From: Spirochaetales bacterium | Lineage (GTDB): Bacteria; Spirochaetota; Spirochaetia; Sphaerochaetales; Sphaerochaetaceae | Direction of reading: 5' to 3' | NCBI GenBank assembly: GCA_017470995.1 | Contig: JAFUXI010000066.1 | Coordinates: 5,129 to 69,128 of the forward strand | Length of the DNA: 64,000 nt | Part shown: in pieces, positions 34,253-45,055 of the stretch | How the letters are laid out: each line of letters begins with the position of its first letter | How positions within the stretch are numbered: position 1 is the first letter of the stretch | Position numbers and translations under genes: made by a program | Notes under the pieces: generated by a model | The model's database searches: none | What the model saw: only the letters and a program-made list of their open reading frames with translations | Told to the model about the DNA's origin: nothing

Positions 34253-35506
34253 TCAGGCGGTTTTCTCGGAAGATCTGATTCTCCTTGAAACAAGGTATAG
34301 GAGAATGCAGAGAACTATCACTACTGCGAATGCGGCGAACCAGATGCTCCTGTTCGGCAAAAACGATGTGGTTCCGTCGCTGTTTACGATGACCTCGGCG
34401 TTCCTGAGCACGGCAGCTCCGATTGCAGGACCGATGAGGCCGGGCACGAAAACCTGCCCTATGATCCTCACGCCCTGGAACTGACCGGAGCGGTTCTCCG
34501 GGATATTGTCCCTGATCATGGCGCCGAAGACGCTCATGCCGGTAAGATATCCGCCCAGCATCAGCATGGAGCCGATGAGCACGGGAACGACCGAACGACA
34601 GAAGTACAAGATCACATAGCCGGCACAGAGCATCACGACCACAGGTCTCATGCTGAACATAAAGCCTTTCTTGTCATAGGTCTTTCCATAGAGGGCGGTA
34701 AGCACGGCAGCGGCTATGATCGCCGGCGCCATGATTATCACGTAATTGGCAATGCCGAGGGTCTTCTCATAGTAGATTATCAAATACGGCATGAATATCT
34801 GAATGGAGATTCCGAACACCGCAAACAGTCCCAGGACCTCATACAAAAGGATGTTCTCTTTGAAAACCGATGGCCTGAAACTATACAATAGCGTCTGAAT
34901 CATTGAGTCTTCACTCTTTTTGAGCCCTTTTGCGTCTTCAATCAGGAACAGGCCTGCAAGACCGATGAGGAAGGTATCTCCGCAGATGATGTAGTAGATG
35001 GTGACCCAGCTTCCCTGCTTGTCCAGATCGAATCCCATGAACGATCCGAACACCACGAGAACCGATACCAGGGGCATCATGGAGTTCATTCCCTCGATCC
35101 TGCCGCGGTTGGTGCTATCGCCCCTGTCCGTGAGCCAGGCATTGTATGCTGCATCGTTTGCAGTGGAACCGAAGAAGGTCATCACGCAGTCCATGACAAT
35201 CGTGAGCATGACGTTCCTGATGTAGGCGAAGACTATGATGGACAGTCCCCAGAGCATGTAGCCGTAGCTCATGAAGGCCTTGCGGCGGCCTACCTTGTCC
35301 GACAGCGCGCCCATGACTATCGTGGTCAGCGCTGCCATGACGGCACTGGCCATGACCATTGCGGAAATCTGCGATGCCGTCGCATGGAACATCTTGTAGA
35401 TGAACACGTTGAAGTACATGTTCTCGACCACCCATGCTATCTGGCCCATCAGCCCGAACACCAGCATGGAGATCCAGAACCTCTTTCCCAATCTACTTTC
35501 ACTCAT
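34253..35506 (-). CDS. MFS transporter
   Basis: 417 aa with about 12 TM helices. Contains a GALSDKVGRRKAF loop motif. Confidence 0.8.
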   Translation of the reverse strand: MSESRLGKRFWISMLVFGLMGQIAWVVENMYFNVFIYKMFHATASQISAMVMASAVMAALTTIVMGALSDKVGRRKAFMSYGYMLWGLSIIVFAYIRNVMLTIVMDCVMTFFGSTANDAAYNAWLTDRGDSTNRGRIEGMNSMMPLVSVLVVFGSFMGFDLDKQGSWVTIYYIICGDTFLIGLAGLFLIEDAKGLKKSEDSMIQTLLYSFRPSVFKENILLYEVLGLFAVFGISIQIFMPYLIIYYEKTLGIANYVIIMAPAIIAAAVLTALYGKTYDKKGFMFSMRPVVVMLCAGYVILYFCRSVVPVLIGSMLMLGGYLTGMSVFGAMIRDNIPENRSGQFQGVRIIGQVFVPGLIGPAIGAAVLRNAEVIVNSDGTTSFLPNRSIWFAAFAVVIVLCILLYLVSRRIRSSEKTA

Positions 35507-35625
35507 GGTAGAGTATTATATACGATAATATGGTTGAAAGCACCTTGAATTTGACATATTCTAAAGCTGTGACCCGCCTCAGGCGGAGAACTTGTGATAC
35601 GGCATTTTAATTTTTGGATATATAG

Positions 35626-37755
35626 ATGAAATGGAAAACCAGGCAAGCCGCCTTCGATGACATCAAGGCGCTGGTGGACAGGTTCGGCTTGGATCTTCTT
35701 TCTGCAAGGATTCTTGCAGGCAGAGGCATATGCACGCCCGAGTCCGCCAAATTCTATCTGGAGAGTGATATCTCCTTTCTGCACAATCCTTTCCTCTTCG
35801 AGGACATGGAGAGTTTCTGCGACCGTATCCTGCAGGCTGTAGAGGACAACGAGAAGGTCCGGGTGTTCGGCGACAGGGATGTCGACGGAATTACAAGCAC
35901 AGCCCTTCTTGTCTCTGAACTGAGATCGATGGGCCTGGATACCACCTACGCCGTCCCCATGGGAGACGATCCCTACGGAATGACCGTAGACAGCGTGAGG
36001 CAGGCCATAGAGGACGGAGTCACCTTGGCCATAACCGTTGACTGCGGAATCTCCTGCATAGCCGAGATCGACTACGCCCAGTCCCACGGCCTGGACGTTC
36101 TTGTAACCGACCACCACATCGCCGGCGAAGACCTTCCGCCTGCAAGCGCAATCATTGACCCCAAGGTTCCCGGATGCGGCTATCCGTTCGAGCATCTGGC
36201 AGGCGTAGGCGTTGCCGCCAAGTGCATCTGGGCAATCAGATTCGCCCAGAGCCGCTTCTACAACAGCCCCATCATGCTGCTTCACGCCTACCCCGGCAAC
36301 GGAACGGTAGTCATCGAAGCCGCTAAAATCAGGAACATGGAAGTCACCGACCGCATAGCCGAGGAAGTCGTTCCGGGAATCCTGCCCGAACAGAACAGCA
36401 GACTGCTGAAGTTCCTTGCCTGCGGAGTTCCCATCTACGTTTTGGACAAGCAGGAGGAACTTTCCCAGCTCAAGAAGGCCTTTCCCAAGGCGGACATCTA
36501 CATGAGCGACCTGCGGCCCGAGTTCGAGAAGTTTCTTCCCGCAGTCAGGGGAAGATCCCTGTTTGCCCTCAGCCAGGTCAGCCGCTTTGCAAGATACACC
36601 CAGATCAGAAGCGAACTGGATACCCTGATCGGACTTTTCGGAGCCTATGTACGTGCCTGCTCGCCGATGCTGTACAAGGACTACATGAACCTCATGGACC
36701 TGGTGGCAATCGGTACGGTCAGCGACCTCATGCCCATGACAGACGAGAACCGCATCCTGGTCAAAGCAGGACTGAAGGTCCTTGAGACAAGCCCGCGCGA
36801 CAGCATGAGACCGTTTATGGCAATGCAGAACCTTCTGGGAAAGAAACTGACCACAACCGACATCGGCTGGCAGATTTCCCCGCTGATGAACGCCTCAGGA
36901 AGACTCGGAAAACCCGATACCGCCATAGAGATGCTTCTGTCCACAGACCAGATCCATGCCCTCGAGAGCGCACAGAAGCTGAGCATCCTGAACAAGGAGC
37001 GCCAGAAGCTCGGAGAGGATGCCTGGACACGCCTCCAGGGCAAGGCAAAGAAGAGCTATGAGCAGTTCGGAACCAAGCTTGTGATGGTCTATGATGAGCA
37101 TATAGCTCGTGGAATTACAGGTATTATTGCAACCAGGCTACTGAAAGCCTTCAAGTGTCCGTCCATGGTAATCACCCAGACAGACGACGGCAGAGCCATC
37201 GGATCCATGAGAAGCACCAGCGGTTTCAACTGCCACGACTTCCTTTCCCGCTATGCCGAACTGTTCGACGACTTCGGCGGCCATGCCCAGGCCGGAGGCT
37301 TCTCACTTGACCCGAAGAAGGTCGACGAGCTGTGCATCCGCATCTCCGAGGACATAGATTACATGGACTGCCCGGATGCCGACGAGGAAGAAGCCCTGGA
37401 AATCGATGCAGTGCTCAGGCCCGAGGAATTCAACCAGAACACCATCAAGGTCATCGAGCGCTTCGAGCCCTACGGGGAGAAGAGCGGCCCCATCGAGTTC
37501 CTGATCGAGGGAGCGCGCATCGAGACCATCACGGTCATGGAAAACTCCAAGGATCCCTCGCAGGCGCATCTGAGGATCAACCTCTCCTACGGCTCGCACC
37601 AGTGGCCGGGAGTGTTCTGGAGCGCAGGTCCCCGCGTGGGAAGGGATTTCGATGAAGGCGACATTGTGGATGTGGTATTCAGGATGGGGCGCAACTACTA
37701 CAAGAACCAGGAGCTGATCCAGCTTACGCTGCAGGACATCCGCAGGCACCTATAG
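35626..37755 (+). CDS. recJ: single-stranded-DNA-specific exonuclease RecJ
   Basis: DHH motifs GDRDVDGITS, VDCG and VTDHH, plus DHHA1 motif GGHAQAGG. Confidence 0.95.
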   Translation: MKWKTRQAAFDDIKALVDRFGLDLLSARILAGRGICTPESAKFYLESDISFLHNPFLFEDMESFCDRILQAVEDNEKVRVFGDRDVDGITSTALLVSELRSMGLDTTYAVPMGDDPYGMTVDSVRQAIEDGVTLAITVDCGISCIAEIDYAQSHGLDVLVTDHHIAGEDLPPASAIIDPKVPGCGYPFEHLAGVGVAAKCIWAIRFAQSRFYNSPIMLLHAYPGNGTVVIEAAKIRNMEVTDRIAEEVVPGILPEQNSRLLKFLACGVPIYVLDKQEELSQLKKAFPKADIYMSDLRPEFEKFLPAVRGRSLFALSQVSRFARYTQIRSELDTLIGLFGAYVRACSPMLYKDYMNLMDLVAIGTVSDLMPMTDENRILVKAGLKVLETSPRDSMRPFMAMQNLLGKKLTTTDIGWQISPLMNASGRLGKPDTAIEMLLSTDQIHALESAQKLSILNKERQKLGEDAWTRLQGKAKKSYEQFGTKLVMVYDEHIARGITGIIATRLLKAFKCPSMVITQTDDGRAIGSMRSTSGFNCHDFLSRYAELFDDFGGHAQAGGFSLDPKKVDELCIRISEDIDYMDCPDADEEEALEIDAVLRPEEFNQNTIKVIERFEPYGEKSGPIEFLIEGARIETITVMENSKDPSQAHLRINLSYGSHQWPGVFWSAGPRVGRDFDEGDIVDVVFRMGRNYYKNQELIQLTLQDIRRHL

Positions 37756-37785
37756 AGTCATTGTTCTGTCAATTGTATTATTCGG

Positions 37786-38838
37786 CTACTCTACTATCCA
37801 GTCCAGGAACGTGGATTCTTCCTTCATGCCGTTGACCATGTTGCGTATCTTGGTTGCGGCAAGGACCCCCAGCTCTTCCTTGCGGTGTCCCAGAGACTCG
37901 AAATGGATTGCCGAGGTCCGTGCAAGGTAGCTGTCGTCGAAACTGACGATCTTGGGAACCTGCCTGCCGCTTCTGGTCATATCCCTGACCAATGCGGCTG
38001 CGACCTGGTCGTTGTAGCACACTACCCCGTCGAAGCCCTTTCGGTCCAGGACGTCCAGCATGGCGTTGTCGATCGTCATGCCGTGATCGATTATGTCCTC
38101 AGTGGTATACCAGCGCACCTCGATGTTGTCCAGGGCAAGGCCTGACTGCAGGACGCCTTCGGAGAAACCTGCGTACCTCAGAAGACCCTGGCGGTCATCG
38201 GACTTGAAGATACCCAGCATCCTCCTGCATCCGGCTTCGATGAGCTTCTTGGCTGCAATCATTCCGCCGGAGCGGTCATCCATGCCTACCACGACCGAAT
38301 TCGGGAGTTCCTGATATGAGCAGTGGAGGAACACTAGCGGAATTCCCATTTCCTCGATCTTGGTGTAGAGATTGATGTTCGGGTTCGGAAAACCCGTCTT
38401 GGAACCTTCTACGATTATTCCATCGCATTCCTTGAGGTTGATCACATCGTTGAGGATCTTTCTCTCAAGGTCCACCTTGTTTCCGGTAGCAGCGATATGG
38501 ATCCTGTAGCCGGTGCCGTTGAGGGTGCTCTCGATACCGCGGACGATGCTCGGGAAAATATATTCGCTGATGTATGTGCAGATTACGAAGATGTTCTTGA
38601 AGGCGCTCTCCGGTCCCCTTCTCTCGGGAACGTTCTTGGAGATGAAGGTTCCGCTGCCCTGAATCTGGTACACGACTCCATCTGCCTTCAGACTGGAGAT
38701 GGCCTGTCTGACGGTCTGTCTGCTGACCTTGAATCTTGATACGAATTCATACTCCGTGGGCAGTTTTCCGCTTTTGGCGTAAGCGCCCGCCTTGATCTCT
38801 TCCCTGAGTTTGTCTGCTATTACGGAATACTTCGACAT
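37786..38838 (-). CDS. araR: AraR-type repressor (GntR wHTH fused to LacI/PBP1 sugar-binding domain)
   Basis: Start trimmed to ATG 38838. KLPTEYEFVSRFKVSRQTVRQAISSLKADGVVYQIQGSGTFI is followed by a periplasmic-binding-protein-like domain. Adjacent to araBDA. Confidence 0.8.
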   Translation of the reverse strand: MSKYSVIADKLREEIKAGAYAKSGKLPTEYEFVSRFKVSRQTVRQAISSLKADGVVYQIQGSGTFISKNVPERRGPESAFKNIFVICTYISEYIFPSIVRGIESTLNGTGYRIHIAATGNKVDLERKILNDVINLKECDGIIVEGSKTGFPNPNINLYTKIEEMGIPLVFLHCSYQELPNSVVVGMDDRSGGMIAAKKLIEAGCRRMLGIFKSDDRQGLLRYAGFSEGVLQSGLALDNIEVRWYTTEDIIDHGMTIDNAMLDVLDRKGFDGVVCYNDQVAAALVRDMTRSGRQVPKIVSFDDSYLARTSAIHFESLGHRKEELGVLAATKIRNMVNGMKEESTFLDWIVE

Positions 38839-38887
38839 AAAATCTCCAAAACCCCTTTTGAGCAATCCTAGACAACTTTACTTCCGA

Positions 38888-38936
38888 GTACAATACAAAT
38901 CGGAAAAAAACACATACAACTTCATAAATACAACTT
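38888..38936 (-). promoter_or_regulatory. putative AraR operator cluster upstream of araR
   Basis: On the minus strand, ATTTGTATTGTAC (38888-38900) and two AAGTTGTAT repeats (38914-38922, 38928-38936). The first box overlaps a TTGTAC-17 nt-TAGGAT promoter-like arrangement. Confidence 0.45.
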
Positions 38937-38955
38937 CAGGAAACCTGAAGAAGAT

Positions 38956-38980
38956 CGGCTGCCGCAGAGTGCGACAGCCG
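38956..38980 (-). terminator. hairpin after the dehydrogenase gene
   Basis: CGGCTGTCGCA-CTC-TGCGGCAGCCG (one mismatch) followed by ATCTTCTTC on the minus strand. A second 7-bp hairpin lies at 38934-38950. Confidence 0.5.
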
Positions 38981-38988
38981 GATGATTC

Positions 38989-40092
38989 TTATCCTTCGGG
39001 GTTGAGAACTATCTTGATGGACTCCTCTCCTTCCGTTGCCATATCGAAGGCTTCCTTCCATCTGCTGAGCGGGAACTCATGGGTTACGATCTTCTCGGCC
39101 TTGAAGATTCCCTTCTCCAGCATGCTGATTGCCACATCATAGCCGTGCTGGCCTCCGATGTGGGAACCCTTGATATCGAGCTCCTTGCGGTCTCCGATGA
39201 CCGACCAGTTGACTGTGGTGTCGGAACCGAAGACTCCGAATTCAACGAAAGTTCCCATCTTGCGTATCATATCCAGACCCTGCACGCATCCGGAAGGATG
39301 GCCTGTAACGTTGATATACACATCACATCCGTAGCCATCCGAGAGTTTTCGGACCTCTTCTGCGGCATCGCACTTGGCTGGGTTCAGGACAATGTCGGCA
39401 CCCAGTTCCTTGGCTGCCTGCAGTCTCTTCTCCTTGGTATCGACTGCAATCAGAAGCTTTGGATTCTTGAGCTTTGCAAGCTGCAGGTCGCAAAGTCCGA
39501 TCGGACCCATTCCGGCAACAGCCACGATATCGTTGAACTTGATGCCTGCCCTCTCGATCGTATGGACTGCACATGAAAGCGGCTCGATCAGCGCGGCATA
39601 CTTTGCCGGAACGTCCTTCGAGACCTTATGCACGATGTCCTGGACCGTGTACTTCATGTACTCGGCCATTCCGCCGTCTGCGACTATCTTCTGGTGGCCG
39701 TGGATATGCTGGTACTGGCACATCCACCAGTGACCTTCCTTGCAGAACTTGCACTCGCCGCACGGCACGATCTGCTCCGCTACAGCCCTGTCTCCCAGCT
39801 TGAGGTTCCACCTCTTTGCGGCATTGTCGCCGATTGCGGCAACGGTGCCGATGAATTCATGTCCTGCCACGACCGGTCCGTCCATGAATGGCTTGACCGT
39901 GGGGCTTCCCCAATAGACCTCAGCGCCATGATAGGCCTTGATGTCTCCCGCACAGATTCCGCAGTCTTCGACCTTGATCAGAATCTCATCCTCATTGATC
40001 TGCGGTACCGGAATATCCTCGTACCTGTAATCATACCCTCCGTGGGCAACCAAGGCCTTCATGGTCTTGGGAATGTTAGGCAAACTCTTCAT
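38989..40092 (-). CDS. zinc-dependent medium-chain alcohol/polyol dehydrogenase
   Basis: Start trimmed to ATG 40092 (RBS GGAGGG). Contains CGICAGD, GHEFIG, CGECKFCKEG and the Rossmann motif VAGMGPIG. Confidence 0.85.
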   Translation of the reverse strand: MKSLPNIPKTMKALVAHGGYDYRYEDIPVPQINEDEILIKVEDCGICAGDIKAYHGAEVYWGSPTVKPFMDGPVVAGHEFIGTVAAIGDNAAKRWNLKLGDRAVAEQIVPCGECKFCKEGHWWMCQYQHIHGHQKIVADGGMAEYMKYTVQDIVHKVSKDVPAKYAALIEPLSCAVHTIERAGIKFNDIVAVAGMGPIGLCDLQLAKLKNPKLLIAVDTKEKRLQAAKELGADIVLNPAKCDAAEEVRKLSDGYGCDVYINVTGHPSGCVQGLDMIRKMGTFVEFGVFGSDTTVNWSVIGDRKELDIKGSHIGGQHGYDVAISMLEKGIFKAEKIVTHEFPLSRWKEAFDMATEGEESIKIVLNPEG

Positions 40093-40140
40093 ATTTCCCT
40101 CCACTCGAATCGACGCAACCCCATATTTCTCCATTTTAAA

Positions 40141-40156
40141 AGTTGTTCATACAACT
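40141..40156. promoter_or_regulatory. palindromic AraR-type box between adh and araB
   Basis: AGTTGT-TCAT-ACAACT. The core TTGTTCATACAA is identical to 47545-47556. Confidence 0.5.
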
Positions 40157-40182
40157 TACCTAAATTCTACCACGGCATAACC

Positions 40183-40209
40183 ATTTGTAAAGATATTTGT
40201 ATTGTTTTC
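40183..40209 (+). promoter_or_regulatory. AraR-type half-site repeats overlapping the araB promoter
   Basis: ATTTGTAA at 40183 and ATTTGTATTGTTTTC at 40195-40209 (15 of 15 identical to 47636-47650). A TGcTATACT extended -10 lies at 40221-40229. Confidence 0.5.
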
Positions 40210-40267
40210 TCGCGAATCGGTGCTATACTATATTTAGTAACAATGCGCACAAAAGAGGTATATCGAT

Positions 40268-41821
40268 ATGGATCTTAAGAAAACCGTCATTGGTATCGAG
40301 CTGGGATCCACCAGAATCAAGGCAGTCATGGTGGATCAGAACTTCAAGAGCATCGCCTCCGGCGACTTCGAGTGGGAGAACAGACTCGAGAACGGAATCT
40401 GGACATACCACTACGATGAGGTCGAGACAGGTCTCAGGACCTGCTTCGTGCGTCTCTGTTCAGATGTAAAGGCCAAGTTCGGAGTCGAACTTACCACCAC
40501 GGGCGCAATCGGAATCTCGGCCATGATGCATGGCTACATCCCCTCGGACAAGAACTGGAAGCCCCTTGTGGGATTCAGGACCTGGAGAAACACGATTACC
40601 GGAGAAGCTGCAGAGAAGCTTACCAAGCTCTTCGGTTTCAATATACCTCAGAGATGGTGCATCTCCCACCTCTATCAGGCAATCCTCAACAAGGAGGAGC
40701 ACGTCAAGGACATCGCCCATGTCGAGACGCTTGCAGCCTACGTCAACCGCCTGCTCACCGGCCAGAACAACATCGGCGTGGATGATGCCTCGGGCATGTT
40801 CCCGATCGACAGCGACACAAGTGACTTCAATACCGACATGGCAGACAAGTTCCTCACCCTCACGGGTCTGGATATCAGAAAGGTCTTCCCGAAGGTCCTG
40901 GTGGCCGGTCAGGAAGCAGGAAAGCTCACCGAGGCCGGAGCAAGATTCCTCGATCCGAGCGGAATACTGCAGGCTGGAATCCCGATCGCACCGCCTGAGG
41001 GAGATGCAGGAACGGGAATGGTCGCAACCGATTCGGTAAGACTGAACACCGGTAACGTCAGCGCCGGAACCAGCGACTTTGCAATGATAGTAACCGACAA
41101 GAAGCTCGGCGTACACAGGGAAATAGACATGGTCACCACCCCGTCCGGAGCTGCTGTTGCAATGGTTCACTGCAACAACTGCACCACGGACATCAACAGC
41201 TGGGTCAACCTCTTCGGAGAATTCGCAGAGAAGGCAGGCCTTGCCATAGACCGCAACAGACTATTCTCCCTGCTCTACTCCATCTCGCTTGAAGGAAAGC
41301 CGGACTGCAGCGGCCTGTTGAGCTGCAACTACTACTCGGGCGAAGGCGTGACGGACTTCGACAGCGGTCTTCCGCTCTTCCTGCACAAGCCGGATTCGCA
41401 GGTACATCTTGCAGACTTCATGAGAACGCACATGATGAGCGCAATGGCCACCCTCAAGATCGGAATGGACATCCTGAGATCCGAGAACGTTAAGATCGAT
41501 AAGATCTTCGGCCACGGCGGCTACTTCAAGACCCCGGTTGCCGGTCAGAGAATCCTCAGCGCGGCAATCGGAGCTCCCGTCTCCGTAATGGAGACTGCCG
41601 GTGAAGGCGGCCCCTACGGCATGGCCCTTCTTGCAGCCTACATGATCTGGGGCAAGGGCAGCACGCTGGAAGACTATCTGGACCAGCAGGTCTTTGCCGG
41701 CAGCAAGACCATGACCATCATGGCCGACGATGCAGAGGTCAAGGGCTTCGACGCCTACATAGAGAATTACAAAAAGCTTCTTGATGTGGAAAAGAAGGCA
41801 TTGGAGGTATTCAATGCTTGA
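40268..41821 (+). CDS. araB: FGGY-family carbohydrate kinase, probable L-ribulokinase
   Basis: N-terminus [13 protein letters not shown], 517 aa. Overlaps araD and lies upstream of araD-araA. Confidence 0.8.
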   Translation: MDLKKTVIGIELGSTRIKAVMVDQNFKSIASGDFEWENRLENGIWTYHYDEVETGLRTCFVRLCSDVKAKFGVELTTTGAIGISAMMHGYIPSDKNWKPLVGFRTWRNTITGEAAEKLTKLFGFNIPQRWCISHLYQAILNKEEHVKDIAHVETLAAYVNRLLTGQNNIGVDDASGMFPIDSDTSDFNTDMADKFLTLTGLDIRKVFPKVLVAGQEAGKLTEAGARFLDPSGILQAGIPIAPPEGDAGTGMVATDSVRLNTGNVSAGTSDFAMIVTDKKLGVHREIDMVTTPSGAAVAMVHCNNCTTDINSWVNLFGEFAEKAGLAIDRNRLFSLLYSISLEGKPDCSGLLSCNYYSGEGVTDFDSGLPLFLHKPDSQVHLADFMRTHMMSAMATLKIGMDILRSENVKIDKIFGHGGYFKTPVAGQRILSAAIGAPVSVMETAGEGGPYGMALLAAYMIWGKGSTLEDYLDQQVFAGSKTMTIMADDAEVKGFDAYIENYKKLLDVEKKALEVFNA

Positions 41822-42512
41822 GAAACTAAAAGAAGAAGTCTTGAAAGCCAACCTGCTGCTTCCGAAGCACAACCTTGTGACCTTCACCTGGGGCAATGTC
41901 TCGGCGATCGACCGCAAGTCCGGACTGATAGTGATCAAGCCGTCCGGAGTCGAATATGACGAGATGAAAGCCTCCGACATGGTGGTCGTGGACCTCGAGG
42001 GCAACGTAGTGGAAGGAAAACTCAGGCCCTCCAGCGACACGCCCACACACATCGAGCTCTACAAGGCATTTCCCGATATCGGCGGCGTGGTCCATACCCA
42101 CAGCCGCTGGGCAACCAGCTTCGCACAGGCCGGACTGGAAATCCGACCGATGGGAACGACCCATGCAGACTACTTCTACGGCCCCATCCCCTGCACAAGA
42201 TCGCTTACTGACGAGGAGATCAAGGGCCAGTACGAGAAGAACACCGGAACGGTGATAATCGAGACCTTCATGGGTATCGATCCGAATGCCGTGCCGGGTG
42301 TACTTGTTCGCAACCACGGTCCCTTTGCATGGGGAACAAGCGCCGCCAACGCCGTGCACAATGCAGTGGTGATGGAGGAAGTCGCATTCATGAACTATCA
42401 CGCGATGACGCTGAGACCGGAGGCCCCATGCGTCAGCCAGACTCTTCTGGACAAGCACTATTATAGGAAACACGGAAAGAACGCCTACTACGGGCAGGAG
42501 GTCAGAAATTGA
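41814..42512 (+). CDS. araD: L-ribulose-5-phosphate 4-epimerase
   Basis: Start at ATG 41814. [34 protein letters not shown] and the HTHS metal site. Confidence 0.9.
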   Translation: MLEKLKEEVLKANLLLPKHNLVTFTWGNVSAIDRKSGLIVIKPSGVEYDEMKASDMVVVDLEGNVVEGKLRPSSDTPTHIELYKAFPDIGGVVHTHSRWATSFAQAGLEIRPMGTTHADYFYGPIPCTRSLTDEEIKGQYEKNTGTVIIETFMGIDPNAVPGVLVRNHGPFAWGTSAANAVHNAVVMEEVAFMNYHAMTLRPEAPCVSQTLLDKHYYRKHGKNAYYGQEVRN

Positions 42513-43972
42513 AAAAGGAATTCTGGTTCATAGTCGGAAGTCAGGACCTGTATGGGGATGAAGTCCTCAGGACAGTCGCAAAGAGAGCACAGGAAATGGC
42601 GACAGAGCTTTCCAAGGCACTTCCCTATCCTCTGATCTACAAAGTCACTGCAATGAGCAACAGCCAGATTACGGATGTCATCAAGGAAGCCAACTACGAT
42701 GACAGCTGCTACGGAATCATAACCTGGTGCCATACATTCAGCCCATCGAAGATGTGGATCAACGGCTTCGCCAATCTGCAGAAGCCTTACTGCCACCTTG
42801 CCACACAGTACAACCTGGAGATCCCCAACGAGGAGATCGACATGGATTTCATGAATCTCAACCAGGCAGCCCACGGCGACCGTGAACACGGTTTCATCGG
42901 AACCAGGATGCGCATGCCGCGCAAGGTCATCGCAGGCTACTGGAAGGATCCTGAGGTCCAGAAGCGCATTGCAAAGTGGATGCGCGTCTGTATCGGAGTG
43001 CGTGTCTCCAGGACCATGAAGGTCATGCGTTACGGCGACAACATGAGAGAAGTCGCGGTCACCGAAGGCGACAAGGTCGAAGCCCAGATCAAACTCGGCT
43101 GGCAGGTCAATACCTGGGCAGTCGGAGATCTGGTCAAGGAGATGGCCGCAGTCACCGAGGCCGAAGTAGACGAGCTCTTTGCAGAATACAAGAAGAACTA
43201 CGACATCAACACCAAGGATATCGCAGCCATCCGCTATCAGGCCCGCGAAGAGATCGCAATGAAGAAGATGATGGACAGAAACGGCTGCAAGGCCTTCGCC
43301 AACACCTTCCAGGATCTCTACGGCATGGAGCAGCTGCCGGGCCTTGCATCCCAGCACCTGATGGCCCAGGGCTACGGCTACGGCGCAGAGGGAGACTGGA
43401 AGGTCAGCGCCATGACGGCAATCATCAAGGCAATGGGAGAGAACGGAAACGGAGCCTCGGCCTTCATGGAGGACTACACATACCATCTGGTCAAGGGCAA
43501 GGAATGCTCTCTGGGAGCCCATATGCTTGAGGTCTGCCCCTCGGTTGCTGCAGGAAGACCCAGGATCGAGACACACCATCTGGGAATAGGAATGAACGAG
43601 AAGGATCCTGCCCGACTGGTATTCGAGGGCAAGGCCGGAAAAGCAATCGTAGCCTCGCTGATCGACATGGGCGGCAGGATGCGCCTGATAGTACAGGACA
43701 TCGAGGCAATCAAGCCCATCATGGAAATGCCGAACCTCCCAGTTGCCAGAGTCATGTGGAAGGGACTGCCGGATCTTGCAACGGGAATCGAATGCTGGAT
43801 CATGGCTGGCGGCGCACACCACACGGTGCTCTCCTATGATGTAGATGCAGAGATGCTCGCTGACTGGGCACGCATCATGGAAATTGAGTTCGTCCACATC
43901 GGCAAAGACACCACGACAGAGAAGTTCGAGAAGGAGCTCTTCTTCAACGATATCGCCTGGAAGCTCAGATAA
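42509..43972 (+). CDS. araA: L-arabinose isomerase
   Basis: [15 protein letters not shown]-terminus, 487 aa. Overlaps araD by 4 nt. Confidence 0.95.
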   Translation: MKKEFWFIVGSQDLYGDEVLRTVAKRAQEMATELSKALPYPLIYKVTAMSNSQITDVIKEANYDDSCYGIITWCHTFSPSKMWINGFANLQKPYCHLATQYNLEIPNEEIDMDFMNLNQAAHGDREHGFIGTRMRMPRKVIAGYWKDPEVQKRIAKWMRVCIGVRVSRTMKVMRYGDNMREVAVTEGDKVEAQIKLGWQVNTWAVGDLVKEMAAVTEAEVDELFAEYKKNYDINTKDIAAIRYQAREEIAMKKMMDRNGCKAFANTFQDLYGMEQLPGLASQHLMAQGYGYGAEGDWKVSAMTAIIKAMGENGNGASAFMEDYTYHLVKGKECSLGAHMLEVCPSVAAGRPRIETHHLGIGMNEKDPARLVFEGKAGKAIVASLIDMGGRMRLIVQDIEAIKPIMEMPNLPVARVMWKGLPDLATGIECWIMAGGAHHTVLSYDVDAEMLADWARIMEIEFVHIGKDTTTEKFEKELFFNDIAWKLR

Positions 43973-43997
43973 CTCGATTATATTTGCTTGAAGCAAG

Positions 43998-44045
43998 GGG
44001 TGTTCAGCCAGTCTCGTGATGGGGCTTTCTGAACACCCTATTTTT
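43998..44045 (+). terminator. rho-independent terminator of araBDA
   Basis: 10-bp stem GGGTGTTCAG/CTGAACACCC followed by TATTTTT. Confidence 0.8.
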
Positions 44046-44155
44046 ATACTGTTTTATATACCAGTTTTCTTTTAGTTTTGAGAGTTTTGGTATATTTTAT
44101 ACCTATTCATATATTTTTTCTTGATAATGGTATATTTCTGCTTCATGCTTTTAGT

Positions 44156-45055
44156 ATGCAGAGAACAAATCCTTCAAAAGCGACAATTCGCACTCAAATG
44201 GAATCGTTACTGGACTACCTGAAAAAACTTAACTATAGCGTTGAGAAAGATGAACCGGACGGATATCTGACCGTTAAGAAGGTCCAGGGTAAAACGAGGT
44301 TCTTTCTGAGGAGTGCAGGCGGAAAGTGTACATATCTCGGGAATGCAAAACGAGACGAGATATCACGCTATGCCAAAAAGCGATATCTCAGAGAATTAAG
44401 AAAGGTTGCAAGGAAAGAGATAGCCCAGCTTGAGGAATGCCTGAGAATACTCGACTCTGAGAATTCAGATATCAATGAGGTCTACTCTGCCCTACCGGAC
44501 GAACTGAGGTCTTTTGTTGAGCCACTGTCGATGTCGGATGACGATTATGCAGCCCAGTGGCAGGAAGGGAACCTGGTAGTTAAGAGAAAGAGAATCCATG
44601 CCGAGGATGATTATCACAAGTTCAAAACCATACGTGGAGACTATGTCGGTTCAAAGAGCGAAGCTATAATCGCTGACAGATTGTTTGCAAATAACATCCC
44701 CTATCACTATGAAGTTGCATTTACTCCTGAAGCGGAACCCGATAGTTCGCGCCCTGTATTCGATGCATACGGAAGGCTTGTTGGATTTGAAGCCATCGGA
44801 TTCGATCCATTTGATAGAGATACGCTTCATCCGGATTTCTATGTCCTCAACAAAAGGACAAGAAAGGCATACTTCTGGGAACATCTCGGCAGACTCAGCG
44901 ATCCGAGATATTGTACTGACAATCTCAACAGGCTGGTCAGAATGATAGATGCCGGCTTCACAATCGGGGAAGAAATACTGATTACACATGAGGACGCCCG
45001 TAACCCGCTGAAATTAGAAAGCATCGATGAAATCATAGAGAAATACCTGAGATAA
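44156..45055 (+). CDS. hypothetical protein with PD-(D/E)xK nuclease-like C-terminal half
   Basis: VGSKSEAIIADRLFANNIPYHYE...HPDFYVLNKRTRKAYFWEHLG resembles the S-x-S-E / PDF / E-H-x-G pattern of Vsr/T7 endonuclease I-like nuclease domains. The gene and its flanks look AT-rich. No clear RBS, so the start is uncertain. Confidence 0.5.
   Translation: MQRTNPSKATIRTQMESLLDYLKKLNYSVEKDEPDGYLTVKKVQGKTRFFLRSAGGKCTYLGNAKRDEISRYAKKRYLRELRKVARKEIAQLEECLRILDSENSDINEVYSALPDELRSFVEPLSMSDDDYAAQWQEGNLVVKRKRIHAEDDYHKFKTIRGDYVGSKSEAIIADRLFANNIPYHYEVAFTPEAEPDSSRPVFDAYGRLVGFEAIGFDPFDRDTLHPDFYVLNKRTRKAYFWEHLGRLSDPRYCTDNLNRLVRMIDAGFTIGEEILITHEDARNPLKLESIDEIIEKYLR

Noticed and set aside
42488-43996. 502-aa ORF on the minus strand
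   Set aside because: It is antisense to araA, and its translation is rich in C, H, L, D and V with no motif. The same reasoning applies to 20746-21864 (antisense asnS), 35503-36285 (antisense recJ), 25282-26334 (antisense to the large secreted-protein gene), 14975-15823 (antisense cysS), 33184-34128, 41261-42052, 50910-51734, 58680-59471 and 62007-62696.
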